64,000 bases of DNA from Desulfatiglandales bacterium (GTDB taxonomy: Bacteria > Desulfobacterota > DSM-4660 > Desulfatiglandales > HGW-15): positions 576,001-640,000 of the forward strand of contig CAXXJJ010000004.1 in assembly GCA_963667015.2 (NCBI GenBank), in the 5' to 3' direction. A program made the translations under genes and the position numbers. Below the pieces are notes generated by a model. It was not told the DNA's origin, did no database searches, and was given only the letters and a program-made list of their open reading frames with translations. Every line of letters starts with the position of its first letter. The first letter of the stretch is position 1. Positions 32,713-41,812 of the stretch are shown here, piece after piece.

Positions 32713-33507
32713 ATGCCAAAAGACAAAAAACCTGACAAAAATGAAACATCAGAAAAGACGATGAACCGGCGGCAATTTCTTGTCGGCGGCAGTGCTGCAC
32801 TTGCTGCAGGGGCAATTGCAGCAACCACCGGTGTAAAATCCGCTGCGGCAGCTGAACCCGAATCCTATCCGGAATCAAAGGGCTATCTGGTTTATGACAG
32901 CAAAAAATGTATCGGCTGTACAACATGTATGCTGAGCTGCTCCATGGTCCATTATGGAGAGCAAAACCTGTCGCTCGCCAGAATCCAGATAATGCAGGAT
33001 TCCTTTGGAAAATTCCCGAACGATCTCCAGATATCACCCTGCAGACAGTGTGTAACACCTCCATGTGTTATAAACTGCCCGGTAGGAGCCGCTTATATTG
33101 ACACCGAAAACGGCAATGTCAGAAGGATTAACGAAGATGATTGTGTCGGTTGTGGAACCTGCCTTAAAATGTGTCCCCAGCAGCCTCATCGACCTGTATG
33201 GAACCATATTACAGGAAAATCCACAAAATGCGACCTTTGCATCGATACCCCTTACTGGGATGAAAAAGGTGGTCCCGGTGGCAAACAGGCGTGCGTGGAA
33301 TCATGCCCAATGCAGGCCATCAAGTTTGTTACAGAAACTCCTGACCAGAAAGAGACCGAAGGGTATAATGTCAACCTGCGTAATGATCACTGGTTAAATC
33401 TTGGCCTGGTTGATGACAGCAGGATAATACCACCAAAAATGAAAAATGCGGGACCGATGATGTTTGGCCCACCAAAAGCAAAACCAAAACCAAAGGCAAA
33501 GGGATAG
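32713..33507 (+). CDS. Tat-exported 4x[4Fe-4S] electron-transfer subunit
   Basis: MNRRQFL Tat signal; CIGCTTCMLSC, CRQC..PPCVINCP, CVGCGTCLKMCP, KCDLC...CVESCP. Confidence 0.92.
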   Translation: MPKDKKPDKNETSEKTMNRRQFLVGGSAALAAGAIAATTGVKSAAAAEPESYPESKGYLVYDSKKCIGCTTCMLSCSMVHYGEQNLSLARIQIMQDSFGKFPNDLQISPCRQCVTPPCVINCPVGAAYIDTENGNVRRINEDDCVGCGTCLKMCPQQPHRPVWNHITGKSTKCDLCIDTPYWDEKGGPGGKQACVESCPMQAIKFVTETPDQKETEGYNVNLRNDHWLNLGLVDDSRIIPPKMKNAGPMMFGPPKAKPKPKAKG

Positions 33508-33517
33508 GAGGATCGAT

Positions 33518-35575
33518 ATGAAAGGCGGATATACAGGTAAAATAGCAAGAGTAAACCTGACTACCAAATCGGTAAGCACGATTCCAACTGAAAAATACAT
33601 AGAGTTTGGCGGTGGTCATGGAATAGGATCAGCGATTTTCTTGGATCTGGTAGGGGACCAGCTGCCCTTTGAGGCATTTGATCCCAGAAATTTAATAATA
33701 ATGATGACATCCCCGTTTTCAGGAACAAATGTCCCTGCTTCCGGCAGATGCGAAGTTCAGGGCCTTGGTCCGATGCTTTATCCTATTGAATGGTTTGGCC
33801 ACAGCAGCTTTGGCGGACGCTTTACTTCCCAGCTAAAGTTTGCCGGGTGGGACGGCATTGTTGTTGAAGGTGCTGCAAGCGGACCCGTATGGATAAACAT
33901 TGTAAATGATAAAATCACAATTGAAGACGGGAAAGACGTCTGGGGAATGGATACCTGGGATACTCAGCAGGAGATATCCAGGCGGGTAATCCCCGGTCTC
34001 AGGCAGGGTGAATGGGCAGAGGTTGCAGATGATGACTACACTACCCAGATACCGGCTGTAGTATGCTGCGGTGTTGCAGGAGAAAACAAAAGTCGTCTTG
34101 GAGCCCTTCTTCATGGACCGGGATCACAGGCTGCATTATGTGGTTTTGGAGGGGTATTCGGTTCAAAAAATCTGAAAGCTATAAGCGCAATAGGAACAGG
34201 CGGTGTAAAGATTGCTGATCCGCAGGCCTTTATGGATGCGCGTTTGTGGTACAGACAGTTTCAGTGGAACGTAGACAATCCCCGCGAAGCGAAAAGATTT
34301 GAGGCCAGTGGATACAGCCTTATCAGCGGTGCACCCAGCGGAGGAAACGTTACAAATGGAAGACCTCCTCTGGTCCCGGCAAGGGCGGCTGCCTGTGCGT
34401 CATGCCCCAGGGGCTGTCGCATGAGAACGGCTACAGGTGACAGTAATGAATCGGTTTGCGCTGGAACAATGGTTTTTGGAGGATTCGGAAGAGGAAACGC
34501 TGCAGAGTCCCGCAGAAATAACGACCTGATGCAAAAATACGGTTTCGGACACTGGCAGCTTATGCCGACTATGAGATACCTGACGAGTCTCAAATCAAGA
34601 GGCCTTATAGGTCCCGGCAAGCTGATGGAATGTGATCTTCCTCTGGACAAGGAGAATACTCCGGGTTTTGCAAATATGCTCATGGATGCCATGGCAAACC
34701 GAAAAGGGATCGGTGATGACATGGCCGAAGGTGCTGCAAGATGGGCAAAAAAATATGGTCTACTTGAAGATGATATGAGCAAAGGAATACTCCGTTTGAG
34801 CTACTATGGGACCCAGGAGCACTATGACTCAACCACACAGGTCGAGTGGGGTTTCGGATCTATCCTCGGTGAACGCGACCTTATGCTGCATATGATGTCT
34901 AATTATCCGCTTCACTGGATGGCCCAGTCGCGTGACCCCTATCTGACAGCAGAGGAAGCTGCCAAGATTTATACAAAGGCAATGGTTCCCTATCATGATT
35001 ATGACGGTCATGAGTTCATGCTTGACTACGGCGATGGTCCAACCGGAATTTATTCTGACCACAAGGTAAAACAGGTTGCCTGGGTAAAACATTATGAAAA
35101 AATGTGGATAGGCGGCGGAGGATTCTGCGGCTGGAGATGGCCAATGTGTATCACAAACAATACAGCAGACAGACACGGGCCCACACCCGAGGCAGAACAG
35201 AGATTCTGGAATGCTGTAACTGGAGACAACAAAACCTTTGAAGAATCCATGGAACTGGGTCATAAGATCTATACCCTGGACAGGTCAATCTGGGTACTGC
35301 AGGGCAGGCACAGGGATACGGAAGTATTTCCGGATTATATTTACGACCAGCCCACCAGAGGAAGTGAGCAGCCCATGTACCAGAATGGCAAATGGGCCTA
35401 CGAGACCGGTCAGGGCAGAAAGCTGAGCAGAGAAAAATTTGAAGACTGGAAAACCAGGTTCTATAAATTTGAGGGTTACAATCCTGAAAATGGATACCCC
35501 ACAAAGAAAACCCTTAAGAAAATGAATCTCGATAAAGTCGCCACGCTTTTGAAGAAGAAGGATAGACTGGGTTAG
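33518..35575 (+). CDS. Aldehyde:ferredoxin oxidoreductase (tungstopterin AOR family), divergent
   Basis: MKGGYTGKIARVNLT, GGRF..QLKFAGWDGIVVEG, GVFGSKNLKAI, CASCPRGC, GYPTKKTL; start ATG 33518 after AGGAGG. Confidence 0.9.
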   Translation: MKGGYTGKIARVNLTTKSVSTIPTEKYIEFGGGHGIGSAIFLDLVGDQLPFEAFDPRNLIIMMTSPFSGTNVPASGRCEVQGLGPMLYPIEWFGHSSFGGRFTSQLKFAGWDGIVVEGAASGPVWINIVNDKITIEDGKDVWGMDTWDTQQEISRRVIPGLRQGEWAEVADDDYTTQIPAVVCCGVAGENKSRLGALLHGPGSQAALCGFGGVFGSKNLKAISAIGTGGVKIADPQAFMDARLWYRQFQWNVDNPREAKRFEASGYSLISGAPSGGNVTNGRPPLVPARAAACASCPRGCRMRTATGDSNESVCAGTMVFGGFGRGNAAESRRNNDLMQKYGFGHWQLMPTMRYLTSLKSRGLIGPGKLMECDLPLDKENTPGFANMLMDAMANRKGIGDDMAEGAARWAKKYGLLEDDMSKGILRLSYYGTQEHYDSTTQVEWGFGSILGERDLMLHMMSNYPLHWMAQSRDPYLTAEEAAKIYTKAMVPYHDYDGHEFMLDYGDGPTGIYSDHKVKQVAWVKHYEKMWIGGGGFCGWRWPMCITNNTADRHGPTPEAEQRFWNAVTGDNKTFEESMELGHKIYTLDRSIWVLQGRHRDTEVFPDYIYDQPTRGSEQPMYQNGKWAYETGQGRKLSREKFEDWKTRFYKFEGYNPENGYPTKKTLKKMNLDKVATLLKKKDRLG

Positions 35576-35608
35576 CAGGTCTTGGCACTTATTTTGATTT
35601 AAAGACGC

Positions 35609-35645
35609 ATTCGCCGGGAAGAATATTCTCCCCGGCGAATTTTCT
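35609..35645 (+). terminator. Intrinsic terminator-like hairpin
   Basis: ATTCGCCGGGaAGAAT-ATTCTcCCCGGCGAAT followed by TTTCT. Confidence 0.6.
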
Positions 35646-35811
35646 ATGAAAGATATAACTAATTTAATATTTTTAACCTTATCCGGGTTGAAGATGTCAA
35701 ATTTCACCAATATTTTTATTATGATCCAGGCATACATTTTTCACACAGTTATCCAACCTTGTATGTGTCTAATTTTAAAAATCAATCTAAAATCGATTCA
35801 GGAGGCTTAAC

Positions 35812-37545
35812 ATGAAAAGGATATTTACATCAGCTAAATTCCTGCTTTTACTTGCTGCGTCTATCCTTGTGTGCAGTGCAGCTCAGGGCAGTGAAAAAAT
35901 TACGGTAATGAATCCGGCAATCGCAAATCCCATGGTGGACCGGGTAGCATTGACAAAACGTCTCGACACACTTGATAACAAAACCCTTTATCTCGTGGAT
36001 ATCAACTGGGGCGGCCCTGATGCGGCCTACGGTGTTTTCAAGGAAATGGAAATATGGTTTTCTGAAAATATGCCCAAGGTAAATGTTGTACTAAAGAGAA
36101 AAAACGGCAGCTACATGTCTGATGACCCGGCATTATGGAAAGAGATCGGTGAAAAAGGAGATGCCGCAGTTATCGGAATATCTGGTTGAGACAGCTGTAC
36201 CTCGGCCGTGAGCCGATTCTGTAAAACACTGGAAACAACCTATAATATACCTACTGTAGGCGGAGCAGCAGCCAATATCATGAGTTATGCTGTTGGATAT
36301 AATATCACAAATGTAACCGGCATGCCTGTCCGTTTTGTCGGATTTCCTTTTCCTGTTGCAGGCCAGCCTCAGAAAGTCCACAGGCAATATGTAAGGGGAA
36401 ATGATATGTTGAGCGGTAAACCAATGATGCAGACCATCATTGAAGGCCTTACAAAACCACGGACGGAAGAAGAAAAATACTCAGGTCCTGCTCCGGCCCC
36501 GACTCCGGAACCCAGATTTTTACCCCCGGATACAGAAGAAAACCTTCGTCGTCTTTTCAAGGAGAAGGACTGGACCGACTATAATCCAATAATTCTTCCT
36601 ACTGAAGATAAAGTAAAAGCCATGCTTGAAGGCACAAGTCACGAAGCAGATGAAGTGCTTGTAACCCTTAACTGGCCTGGAGGAGAAAGAAAATTTACCG
36701 TGGAAAAAGCAGCAATCTGTGCTGTTATGGCAGGTGCAAAACCTGAATACTTCCCGCTTATTCTGGCACTTGGGACGCAGGTAGGAAATTTTGGCAATTC
36801 CACCAGTTCAATGGCAAATATAATACTGGTCAATGGACCGATACGCAATGAACTGGGGATGAATTACAAGGGAAATGCCATGGGCCCCCATAATGAGGTC
36901 AACTCCGTTGTGGGCCGTGTCTTCACCCTTATGGCAAAGACAGCCGGCAATATTCATCATGGAGTAACTACTTTCAGCACACTGGGAAGCAACCTTCAAT
37001 ACAACAATCTCTGCATAGCAGAAAATGAAGAGGCCCTTCCGGAAGGCTGGAAACCCTACCATGTGAGTATGAGGTTTAAACCCAATGACAGCACGATCAC
37101 GGTAGGCAGGGGTTGGACCTATATTTCAAGTGTAGGTGAAGCACAGAAGGCTTATCCTCCACACTTCCTCATGCGTGATTATATGAGATCTCTGGGAGCA
37201 TTCGGTGGTGCATCCGTAATAATGGACCCGACAGTTGCAAAACTGCTTAAGGATAATTATGAAATGAAAACAAAAGAAGATCTCAGTAAATGGCTTGCAG
37301 AGAATATTGAAAAAACAGTTGATTCATTCTGGGGTAACGGTGTTGCAGCCACAGGAATGCTGCCGATGGCCAGACAGGGCCTGCCTCCATATGCAGATTA
37401 CCTGAATATGCCGGGAGATACGCTGATAAAGCCCTTTAACGCCCGCAGCATCAATATATTAGCTGTTGGCGGTGAGATTCAGACAACATGGTTTGTTACC
37501 GATTTCGGTCTTGGCAGGCCGGTTTCGGTTGATGAGTGGAGATAG
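35812..37545 (+). CDS. Secreted UGSC-family selenoprotein (577 aa, Sec at residue 126, U-D-S-C motif)
   Basis: ORFs 35812..36189 and 36208..37545 are in frame, separated only by TGA 36187-36189, giving GISG-U-DSCT; SECIS-like hairpin follows; no RBS before GTG 36208; C-terminal WTDYNPIILPT...TVEKAAICAVMAGAKPEYFP domain. Confidence 0.85.
36187..36222 (+). promoter_or_regulatory. Putative bacterial SECIS element
   Basis: TGA followed by ACAG...TCGGC-CGTGA-GCCGA..CTGT; G-containing apical loop about 18 nt after the UGA. Confidence 0.6.
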
Positions 37546-37552
37546 AAAAGCA

Positions 37553-37708
37553 GGATTCAAGGGTTCGAGGGGTCGAGGGTTCCAGTGCCTCTGTAATAAC
37601 CTGAGTAGTTATTTTTAAGGTCTCAATATTATTAAAGTTGAGAAATCAGTTGTAGATATTTTTATTTTTTTTCGCTTGAACCCTTGAAACCTGGGACCCT
37701 TGAACCCT
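37553..37708. repeat. Inverted pair of 8-nt tandem repeat arrays
   Basis: GGATTCAA GGGTTCGA GGGGTCGA GGGTTCCA GTG ... CGC TTGAACCC TTGAAACC TGGGACCC TTGAACCC. Confidence 0.8.
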
Positions 37709-37733
37709 TTTTTAAAAAATTTTAGGAGCAACA

Positions 37734-38153
37734 ATGAAAAAAATAGTTTTATTAATTTTAATGGTTATTTTTACTTTTCCGGCACCCGGCAAAGCAGCTG
37801 AAGTGGCTCAGATCAAACCCCATGAGTTAAAGCAGCTAATTGATAAAAAAAGTAAATTTATACTTATAGATTCAAGGGACAGCGGGAAGTATAGCCAGGG
37901 GCATATTGAAGGAGCTGTAAATATCCATTTTGATCCTTCAGGAGACCCCAATGCCCGTCAAATGATTCTGATGGCCCTGCCTATTGATAATCTTATAATT
38001 ATTTACGGTGATGCCGAAGATGAGAAAGCAGCTGAAGGTCTTGCACTTGAGCTATATGATATGGGCTGTGACATGGATAGTCTGAAGATTTTATCCGGAG
38101 GCATAGCTCAGTGGAAAAAGCAGGGATTCACTCTTATAACTGCCGGCAATTAA
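37734..38153 (+). CDS. Secreted rhodanese-like protein lacking the active-site Cys
   Basis: Signal peptide, IDSR...Y..GHIEGAVNI, IIIYGD (no Cys), LSGGIAQW..QGF. Confidence 0.85.
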   Translation: MKKIVLLILMVIFTFPAPGKAAEVAQIKPHELKQLIDKKSKFILIDSRDSGKYSQGHIEGAVNIHFDPSGDPNARQMILMALPIDNLIIIYGDAEDEKAAEGLALELYDMGCDMDSLKILSGGIAQWKKQGFTLITAGN

Positions 38154-38168
38154 CAGGAGATCTATAAT

Positions 38169-40535
38169 ATGGCCGACTTAGCAGGTGTAAACGGGCAAAG
38201 GAAGGAATTCAGGGTTGTTGGGAAACCAAACCTTCCCGGCAGACTGTCCTATTCAATAGCAACAGGCGTGGCAAGATACGGCGCAGACTATGTAGTTCAG
38301 GATATGCTCCATGCAAAGTTTTTAAGGAGCCCCTATGCAAATGCCATAATAAAGAGCATGAATACAGACAATGCCATGAAAATCCCCGGAGTTGTCGACA
38401 TTCTTACCTGGGAAGATGCGGATATCAAAGGGTTGAGTGCAGGCGGGGGATTTATGGGACCCGGCCAGCCTCTCCTGACTGATGCTGCAGATCAGGAAGG
38501 AGGCATTATAGGGGCAATTGTCGTTGCTGAAGATGAAGACATCTGCGATGAAGCCTTAAGGAGGCTTAAAGAAGACTCTGAGTGGGAAATATTGCCGCAT
38601 CTGGTAGACATCCTTGAAGGAAGAAAACCGGATGCACCGGTGATTCGCCCCCCTGCCCCACAAACAGGCGGAGGAGGATTCGGAACAGGAGGAGGAAATA
38701 ACCCGCCTAAAAAAGGTAATGTTTCCTATTCCAACATAAGCGCGGGCGATATAGAGGCCGGGTTCAGGGAGGCTGATCATATCATAGAATATGACATAAA
38801 CCTCCCTGCATTTGCGGGGCATCTCCCGGATCCTGTAGGATCTGTTGCATGGTGGTTTAATGCCCCTTATCATGGCGAAGGGAAGAGCCTCAGGATAGAA
38901 GGCAATGCCTGGGGCCATGACCAGGTAGTGGGCATGTACAAGATGCCCCCGGAAAAGGTCTTTCAGGAGTGTATGCTTGTAGGAGGCAGATATTGTGACT
39001 GGGGCATACGCGAATCCCAGTTAATCACACCCCTTTTAGCTAAAAGAACCGGAAGACCGGTCAGATGTGTTCAGAGCCGCTATGATCAATATGACTTCAA
39101 CCTTAACCAGCGCTTCATGCATATGAAGATCGGCTTTAAAAAGGATGGCCTGATTACCGCGATAGACGATTTTTCAATCGCAGACAACGGGGTCCGAAGC
39201 AGTTCGGTTTTTGGCACTTCAATGGATCAAACCTATGGCCCCTATTTCACCACAAGGTGCCAGAATGTCAGGCAAAACATGGACATTGTTGACAGCAACC
39301 GCGGCAAGATGTGGCTAAGCGGTCAGCATAATCCAATGAACTGGGATTCAATAACCCTGGCAATACTTATGATTGCCGATAAACTTGACAAAGACCCTGT
39401 CGATGTAGCAAGGCTTAATCTGCACGGACCCACATCCCAGACTGACCCTGATCCTGTACCCAGCTTTGAGGCATGTATTGAAGCCGCAAAGAAAATGATG
39501 AACTGGAAGTGGCACAGAAAAGGTGAGAAAAAGCTTAAAGACGGAAGGCTGCACGGAGCAGGCTTCAGGTATCAGCAGTGTCCCAGACACTCCGGCATGG
39601 TGTTCAACCCTAAACTTGAACTCAGAAACGGTGTTGTACACCTTGATTCCAGGGGTCCTGTTATAGGCAATTATATAATGGAAGCAAATATGATGGTTGT
39701 TGCCGAAGAACTTGGACTGAGGTATGAAGATATCAAGGGTGAACTCGATCACCATGAAATCTATAAACCCTGGGGTGGAGGAAGTGACGGAACAACCGCT
39801 TCTGGCTGGGCATTGAAGGAATGTGCCAATAAATTAAAAAAGCTGATCCTTGAGACTGCGATAGAGGAAGCAAATAATCCTGCCCCGACTGGCGGTATTG
39901 GCGGATTTGGCCCGAAACAACCTCCCAATCCATTTAAGGATGCAAAACCTTCCGATCTTGACCTGCAGGATGGAAAGGTTGTGTTCAAAAACAATACCGA
40001 TAAAGGGCTTCCCCTTGCACAGGCCGTCAAGTCCAACCTTTTTGCAACCTATTCAGGCAGGCCACCCCTTGCCCTATGGAACGAACGTGGCAAAAAACTG
40101 GACACCATGAATGTTGCCATGTGTGAGGTTGCTGTTGATACTGAGACAGGAGAGGTAGAAATCCTCCGCTTTGGCGTGGTCGCTGATCCGGGCAAGATCA
40201 TGCGTCGTACCTCGCTTGAGAGCCAGATTCATCAGGTAATGTATTTCAGTGAAGGCTGCCAGCTGTTTGAAGATTATATATATGATAATAAAACAGGTGT
40301 GAAACTCAGCACCAATATGTTTGAATATAAAAAACCGACTATTATGGATCATGCGCCGGTTGACATGGAACTGCTTGAAACCCGTGCGGGAAATGCCTGT
40401 TACGGGGCTAATGGTATCAGCCATTCACTTGCAAATACCCATCTTGTTATTTCTGCGATATACAACGCGATAGGCAAATGGGTCGATCCTCCGGCTACGC
40501 CGGATAAGGTCCTTAAGGCCCTGGGAAAGGCATAG
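38169..40535 (+). CDS. Xanthine dehydrogenase family molybdopterin-binding subunit, divergent active site
   Basis: ATGVARYGAD, MLHAKFLRSPYANA, LAKRTGRPVR, VAEELGL, EVAVDTETGEVEI, PPATPDKVLKAL. Confidence 0.9.
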   Translation: MADLAGVNGQRKEFRVVGKPNLPGRLSYSIATGVARYGADYVVQDMLHAKFLRSPYANAIIKSMNTDNAMKIPGVVDILTWEDADIKGLSAGGGFMGPGQPLLTDAADQEGGIIGAIVVAEDEDICDEALRRLKEDSEWEILPHLVDILEGRKPDAPVIRPPAPQTGGGGFGTGGGNNPPKKGNVSYSNISAGDIEAGFREADHIIEYDINLPAFAGHLPDPVGSVAWWFNAPYHGEGKSLRIEGNAWGHDQVVGMYKMPPEKVFQECMLVGGRYCDWGIRESQLITPLLAKRTGRPVRCVQSRYDQYDFNLNQRFMHMKIGFKKDGLITAIDDFSIADNGVRSSSVFGTSMDQTYGPYFTTRCQNVRQNMDIVDSNRGKMWLSGQHNPMNWDSITLAILMIADKLDKDPVDVARLNLHGPTSQTDPDPVPSFEACIEAAKKMMNWKWHRKGEKKLKDGRLHGAGFRYQQCPRHSGMVFNPKLELRNGVVHLDSRGPVIGNYIMEANMMVVAEELGLRYEDIKGELDHHEIYKPWGGGSDGTTASGWALKECANKLKKLILETAIEEANNPAPTGGIGGFGPKQPPNPFKDAKPSDLDLQDGKVVFKNNTDKGLPLAQAVKSNLFATYSGRPPLALWNERGKKLDTMNVAMCEVAVDTETGEVEILRFGVVADPGKIMRRTSLESQIHQVMYFSEGCQLFEDYIYDNKTGVKLSTNMFEYKKPTIMDHAPVDMELLETRAGNACYGANGISHSLANTHLVISAIYNAIGKWVDPPATPDKVLKALGKA

Positions 40536-40545
40536 GAATACAGTA

Positions 40546-40935
40546 ATGCAGAAATATCTTACTAAATGGATTGATTATAAACTTCCTACTGGTCAGGAAT
40601 TTTCAGTGGCTGTCTGCGGATACAGCGGGAAGGTTCGGCATTTATACCTTGGAAATGACCCTATACGCAGGATGATTGCACAGCATGTTTATGCGGAAGA
40701 AGGATTCTGTCAGATAGGTGACCACTGCTTTGCCCTGGACTGCCCCCTTAACAGGGCAGATAAGGAACATCTCCTTCACATGCTTGACATGACGGAGGAT
40801 GAAGCAATGGACCCAGAGGCATCCGAACAATGGGGAACCGGAAGTACTCTGGAGGGCTTTCTGTTATTTGCCCGTAAGATAACCGAATCACTACCCGAAG
40901 ACCTGAAAAAACCCCAGGCTCCGGTAGAGGAATAA
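40546..40935 (+). CDS. Hypothetical protein with Cys cluster
   Basis: 10 nt after the Mo subunit gene; VC...FCQIGDHCFALDCP. Confidence 0.7.
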   Translation: MQKYLTKWIDYKLPTGQEFSVAVCGYSGKVRHLYLGNDPIRRMIAQHVYAEEGFCQIGDHCFALDCPLNRADKEHLLHMLDMTEDEAMDPEASEQWGTGSTLEGFLLFARKITESLPEDLKKPQAPVEE

Positions 40936-40954
40936 CAGGGACTCTGGAATATCT

Positions 40955-41806
40955 ATGGAAAAAGTAACAGACTGGATCGCACTGTGGAAAGAACTTGTCG
41001 AAAAGCAGGGGCCATTCTGGAACCATAAAAAAAGATCCAAAGATAACAGGGATAAATGGAAGGACAGGTCACAGGGATTTTATGACCGTGTCAAAAAAAG
41101 ATGGTCAAAACCGGATCCTCACAGAGATTTTATTGTCTCCATGATTTCATCGGTCAGTGATGCCACTGTTATTGATATCGGTGCAGGAACAGGCGCATGG
41201 GCTGTTTATTTATCGAGATCAGCAAAAAAGATTACGGCAATTGAGCCTTCTGCTGAAATGAGACAGATATTAAGGGAAAATATAGAAAAAGAAGGTGTTG
41301 ACAATGTTGAAGTCCTGGACAAATTATGGCCTGTGCCCGACATGGAAACACATGATTTCTCTCTCGCTTCACACTCTGTTTACGGATGCGAAAATCTTCA
41401 GGGCTTTGTTAATGCAATGACCAGAGCCACGAGGAATACCTGCTTTATGCTGCTCCGGGCCCCTGATCATAACGGTCTTATGGCAAGGGCCGCCAGCAGG
41501 ATCTGGGGGCAGCCCTATGACAGCCCTAATTTTCAGGTAGCCTACAATGCAATGCTCCAGATGGGCATGTTTCCCAATGTGCTCATGGAAGAAAGAGGCA
41601 TGTGGCCAAGATGGACAAATAATAACTTTGAAGAAGCATTTGAAAGGATCAGGTCAAGATTCGGGCTTGAAAAAGACACAGATTATGATCCATTCCTAAG
41701 GAATCTCATTGAGAAGCACCTTAATGAAAAAAACGGAATGATAAAATGGCCTTCCGAATTAAGAACCGGCCTTGTCTACTGGAATACTTTAAGAGAACAG
41801 GACTAG
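40955..41806 (+). CDS. Class I SAM-dependent methyltransferase
   Basis: VIDIGAGTGA, ITAIEPS.EM, HDFSLASHS. Confidence 0.88.
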   Translation: MEKVTDWIALWKELVEKQGPFWNHKKRSKDNRDKWKDRSQGFYDRVKKRWSKPDPHRDFIVSMISSVSDATVIDIGAGTGAWAVYLSRSAKKITAIEPSAEMRQILRENIEKEGVDNVEVLDKLWPVPDMETHDFSLASHSVYGCENLQGFVNAMTRATRNTCFMLLRAPDHNGLMARAASRIWGQPYDSPNFQVAYNAMLQMGMFPNVLMEERGMWPRWTNNNFEEAFERIRSRFGLEKDTDYDPFLRNLIEKHLNEKNGMIKWPSELRTGLVYWNTLREQD

Positions 41807-41812
41807 ACAAAT

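Noticed and set aside
33464..33517. Longer N-termini given by the ORF track for AOR (also frdA, atpE, atpR, SDR, C-N hydrolase)
   Set aside because: Downstream starts have strong RBS and match family N-termini
35583..35598. sigma54-like TGGCAC-N5-TTGAT
   Set aside because: The -12 GC is not conserved and it lies just before a terminator-like hairpin
36208..37545. Independent 445-aa gene starting at GTG 36208
   Set aside because: No RBS; it is in frame with the upstream ORF across a TGA that forms UxxC, so it is better explained as one selenoprotein
37553..37708. CRISPR array
   Set aside because: Repeats are adjacent 8-mers without spacers; no cas genes in the window
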